Shown here piece after piece: positions 38,890-41,300 of a DNA stretch of 41,300 nucleotides (positions are counted from its first letter, which is position 1; every line of letters starts with the position of its first letter). The DNA is taken from positions 1 through 41,300 of the IMG/VR virus record IMGVR_UViG_2778261153_000009, one strand, 5' to 3'. Position numbers and translations under genes: made by a program. The notes beneath the pieces are model-generated. The model was not told the DNA's origin. It made no database searches and saw only the letters and a program-made list of their open reading frames with translations. Source of the stretch: a virus. Taxonomy: Duplodnaviria > Heunggongvirae > Uroviricota > Caudoviricetes.

Positions 38890-39314
38890 TGGAACTGTGG
38901 CTGACGGTGAACGGTAAACGCACCTGCGCCAGCGCACCGCTGGATCCGCTGACCCGTGCCGTGGTGATTTCCCTGTTCACCTGGCGGCGGGCTGAACCTA
39001 ATGACAATGCCGACGTCCCGATGGGATGGTGGGGGGATACCTGGCCTGCGGTACAGAATGACCGTTACGGCTCCCGACTGTGGCTGCTTCAGCGCAGCAA
39101 ACTGACCAATCAGCTGGTGCAGACGGTAAGGGGGTATATCCGCGAATGCCTGCAATGGATGATTGATGACGGCGTGGTGTCCCGTATTGATCTGGATATC
39201 CGCCGCACCGGGATTAATGAGCTGGGTAACAGTATCACCCTCTGGCGTCGTGACGGACCGGTAATGATTTCTTTTGATGATCTGTGGAGTGCGATAACGC
39301 ATGGCGGACAGTGA
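38886..39314 (+). CDS. Baseplate protein (Mu gp46-like)
   Basis: 142 aa, position in baseplate module. Confidence 0.6.
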   Translation: MMELWLTVNGKRTCASAPLDPLTRAVVISLFTWRRAEPNDNADVPMGWWGDTWPAVQNDRYGSRLWLLQRSKLTNQLVQTVRGYIRECLQWMIDDGVVSRIDLDIRRTGINELGNSITLWRRDGPVMISFDDLWSAITHGGQ

Positions 39315-40359
39315 ATTTCAACGCCCGACGCTGACAGAAAATATCAGTATGCTCCGTAACGATTTATTCGCCAGGCTGGACGTCAGCGACACGCTCCGGC
39401 GCATGGATGAAGACGTGCGGGCAAAGGTGTATGCGGCGGCGCTGCATACGGTTTACGGTTACATCGATTATCTGGCAATGAACATGCTGCCTGACCTGTG
39501 CGATGAGTCCTGGCTGGCGCGACATGCTGCGATGAAACGGTGTCCGCGCAAGGGGGCCACGTCTGCCAACGGGTATATGCGCTGGGAAGGTGTCAGCGAT
39601 GGCCTGAAGGTGACCGCCGGGAGTGTTATTCAGCGCGATGACCTGGTTCAGTACACGGCAACTTCTGATGCAACCAGCTCCGGTGGTGTCCTGCGCGTGC
39701 CGATCGCCTGCTCAACTGCAGGTGCGGTCGGTAACGCTGACGACGGTACGGCATTAATCCTGGTCACGCCGGTGAATGGTCTGCCGTCTTCCGGTGTGGC
39801 AGATACCCTGACTGGCGGATTCGATACTGAAGATCTGGAAACGTGGCGCGCCCGCGTCATTGAGCGGTATTACTGGACGCCGCAGGGCGGGGCTGACGGG
39901 GACTATGTCGTCTGGGCTAAAGAAGTGCCCGGCATTACCCGCGCATGGACATACCGTCACTGGATGGGAACGGGAACTGTCGGTGTGATGATTGCCAGCA
40001 GTGACCTGATTAATCCCATTCCGGAAGAATCAACGGAAACGGCGGCAAGACAACACATTGAGCCACTGGCCCCGGTGGCAGGCTCTGATTTGTATGTGTT
40101 CAGGCCGGTGGCGCATACGGTGGATTTTCATATCCGCGTGACGCCGGACACACCGGAAATACGGGCTGCCATTACCGCAGAGTTGCGTTCATTCCTGCTG
40201 CGTGATGGTTATCCGCAGGGAGAGCTGAAGGTGTCGCGTATCAGTGAAGCGATTTCCGGTGCGAACGGGGAATACAGCCATCAGTTGCTTGCTCCGGCGG
40301 ACAATATCTCCATTGCAAAAAATGAACTGGCGGTTCTGGGGACGATTTCATGGACGTGA
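39301..40359 (+). CDS. Baseplate J-like protein (Mu gp47-like)
   Basis: 352 aa, baseplate J family-like. Confidence 0.7.
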   Translation: MADSEFQRPTLTENISMLRNDLFARLDVSDTLRRMDEDVRAKVYAAALHTVYGYIDYLAMNMLPDLCDESWLARHAAMKRCPRKGATSANGYMRWEGVSDGLKVTAGSVIQRDDLVQYTATSDATSSGGVLRVPIACSTAGAVGNADDGTALILVTPVNGLPSSGVADTLTGGFDTEDLETWRARVIERYYWTPQGGADGDYVVWAKEVPGITRAWTYRHWMGTGTVGVMIASSDLINPIPEESTETAARQHIEPLAPVAGSDLYVFRPVAHTVDFHIRVTPDTPEIRAAITAELRSFLLRDGYPQGELKVSRISEAISGANGEYSHQLLAPADNISIAKNELAVLGTISWT

Positions 40360-40934
40360 CAAACGATGATTACATCCGTCTGTTGTCGGCACTGCTGCCG
40401 CCCGGTCCGGCGTGGTCAGCCAGCGATCCGGCGATTGCCGGTGCGGCACAGTCATTAACCCGCGTTCATCAGCGTGCGGATGCCCTGATGCGGGAGCTGG
40501 ATCCGCGCACAACCACCGAACTGATAAACCGCTGGGAGCGTCTGTGCGGCCTGCCGGATGAATGTATTCCGGCAGGGACGCAGACCCTTCGCCAGCGTCA
40601 GCAACGGCTGGATGCGAAGGTTAATCTGGCGGGCGGCATCAATGAGGATTTTTACCTTGCACAGCTTGCTGCCCTGGGCAGACCAGACGCCACCATCACG
40701 CGATACGACAAAAGCACGTTCACCTGCTCATCTGCCTGTACTGACGCGGTGAATGCGCCGGAATGGCGGTATTACTGGCAGGTCAACATGCCAGCCGCCA
40801 CCAACACCACCTGGATGACATGTGGCGATCCCTGTGATTCCGCACTGCGTATCTGGGGCGACACCGTAGTCGAGTGTGTGCTTAACAAACTCTGCCCGTC
40901 GCATACCTACGTAATTTTTAAATATCCGGAGTAA
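40350..40934 (+). CDS. Tail protein DUF2313 (Mu gp48 / YmfQ-like)
   Basis: 194 aa preceding the tail fibre gene. Confidence 0.6.
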   Translation: MDVTNDDYIRLLSALLPPGPAWSASDPAIAGAAQSLTRVHQRADALMRELDPRTTTELINRWERLCGLPDECIPAGTQTLRQRQQRLDAKVNLAGGINEDFYLAQLAALGRPDATITRYDKSTFTCSSACTDAVNAPEWRYYWQVNMPAATNTTWMTCGDPCDSALRIWGDTVVECVLNKLCPSHTYVIFKYPE

Positions 40935-40937
40935 TCC

Positions 40938-41300
40938 ATGCATCGTATAGACACGAAAACCGCGCAGAAGGATAAGTTCGGCGCGGGTAAGAACGGTTTT
41001 ACCCGTGGTAACCCCCAGACCGGCACACCTGCCACCGATCTGGATGATGACTACTTTGACATGTTGCAGGAGGAGCTTTGCAGCGTGGTGGAGGCATCCG
41101 GTACCAGCCTGGAGAAGGGGAGGCATGACCAGTTGCTTACCGCACTTCGCGCGCTGCTGTTAAGCCGCAAGAATCCGTTTGGCGATATCAAATCGGACGG
41201 CACGGTGAAAACGGCTCTCGAAAACCTTGGTTTGGGAGAAGCGGCAAAACGGGATGTGGGGACAGGGGAAAATCAGATACCGGACATGGCCTCTTTTGCC
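40938..41300 (+). CDS. Side tail fibre protein, N-terminal part (3'-truncated by window end)
   Basis: [47 protein letters not shown] matches conserved enterobacterial tail-fibre N-termini; no stop in window. Confidence 0.7.
   Translation, partial: MHRIDTKTAQKDKFGAGKNGFTRGNPQTGTPATDLDDDYFDMLQEELCSVVEASGTSLEKGRHDQLLTALRALLLSRKNPFGDIKSDGTVKTALENLGLGEAAKRDVGTGENQIPDMASFA

Larger units (their letters stand above)
5423..41300. mobile_element. Mosaic lambdoid prophage (lambda-like regulation and lysis, HK97-type head, Mu-like contractile tail); right end beyond window
   Basis: Gene order int-xis-early left-cI-cro-cII-O-Q-lysis-terminase-head-tail; int-proximal end abuts the ssrA repeat. Confidence 0.8.

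Noticed and set aside
24347-41126. Many antisense or overlapping ORFs of 60-200 aa within terminase, capsid and tail genes (e.g. 31001..31591 -, 36617..37114 -, 38844..39302 -)
   Set aside because: They overlap recognisable phage structural genes on the opposite strand or in another frame and have biased Arg/Pro/Gly composition.
1-41300. CRISPR arrays, insertion sequences, rRNA or tRNA genes
   Set aside because: No regularly spaced short repeats with unique spacers, no terminal inverted repeats flanking a transposase, and no tRNA-like structures beyond the ssrA fragment were seen.

Overview
Enterobacterial (E. coli/Salmonella-like) accessory region holding two mobile elements side by side. 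Left (1..~5390): the AT-rich end of an integrative island with a P4-type integrase (3996..5225, -), next to a 32-nt copy of the tmRNA (ssrA) 3' end (5391..5422). Its cargo is a tightly coupled two-gene operon: a histidine-kinase-like protein (1..1719) and a protein with a receiver-like N-terminus plus a ~430-aa domain I cannot assign (1721..3469). I consider this the best candidate for an undescribed system, possibly a defensive two-component (Detocs-like) module. Right (5423..41300, continuing past the window): a near-complete mosaic lambdoid prophage in lambda gene order: int/xis, early-left genes (yfdP/Q/R-like), CI-Cro immunity switch, CII-like, O-like initiator with internal iterons, Dam methylase, RusA, Q, lysis cassette (holin, lambda-R-like endolysin, Rz/Rz1), HNH + P27-type terminase, HK97-type head, Mu-like contractile tail with a -1 frameshift chaperone, and the start of a tail fibre. 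Four AT-rich cargo loci sit inside the prophage: a coupled gene pair between att and int (5850..7038), a membrane protein beside xis (8433..9299), a membrane + soluble gene pair between Q and the lysis genes (19680..21091), and a single gene with its own terminator after Rz (22773..23531). All calls are from reading the sequence and from remembered protein families; no database search was run.
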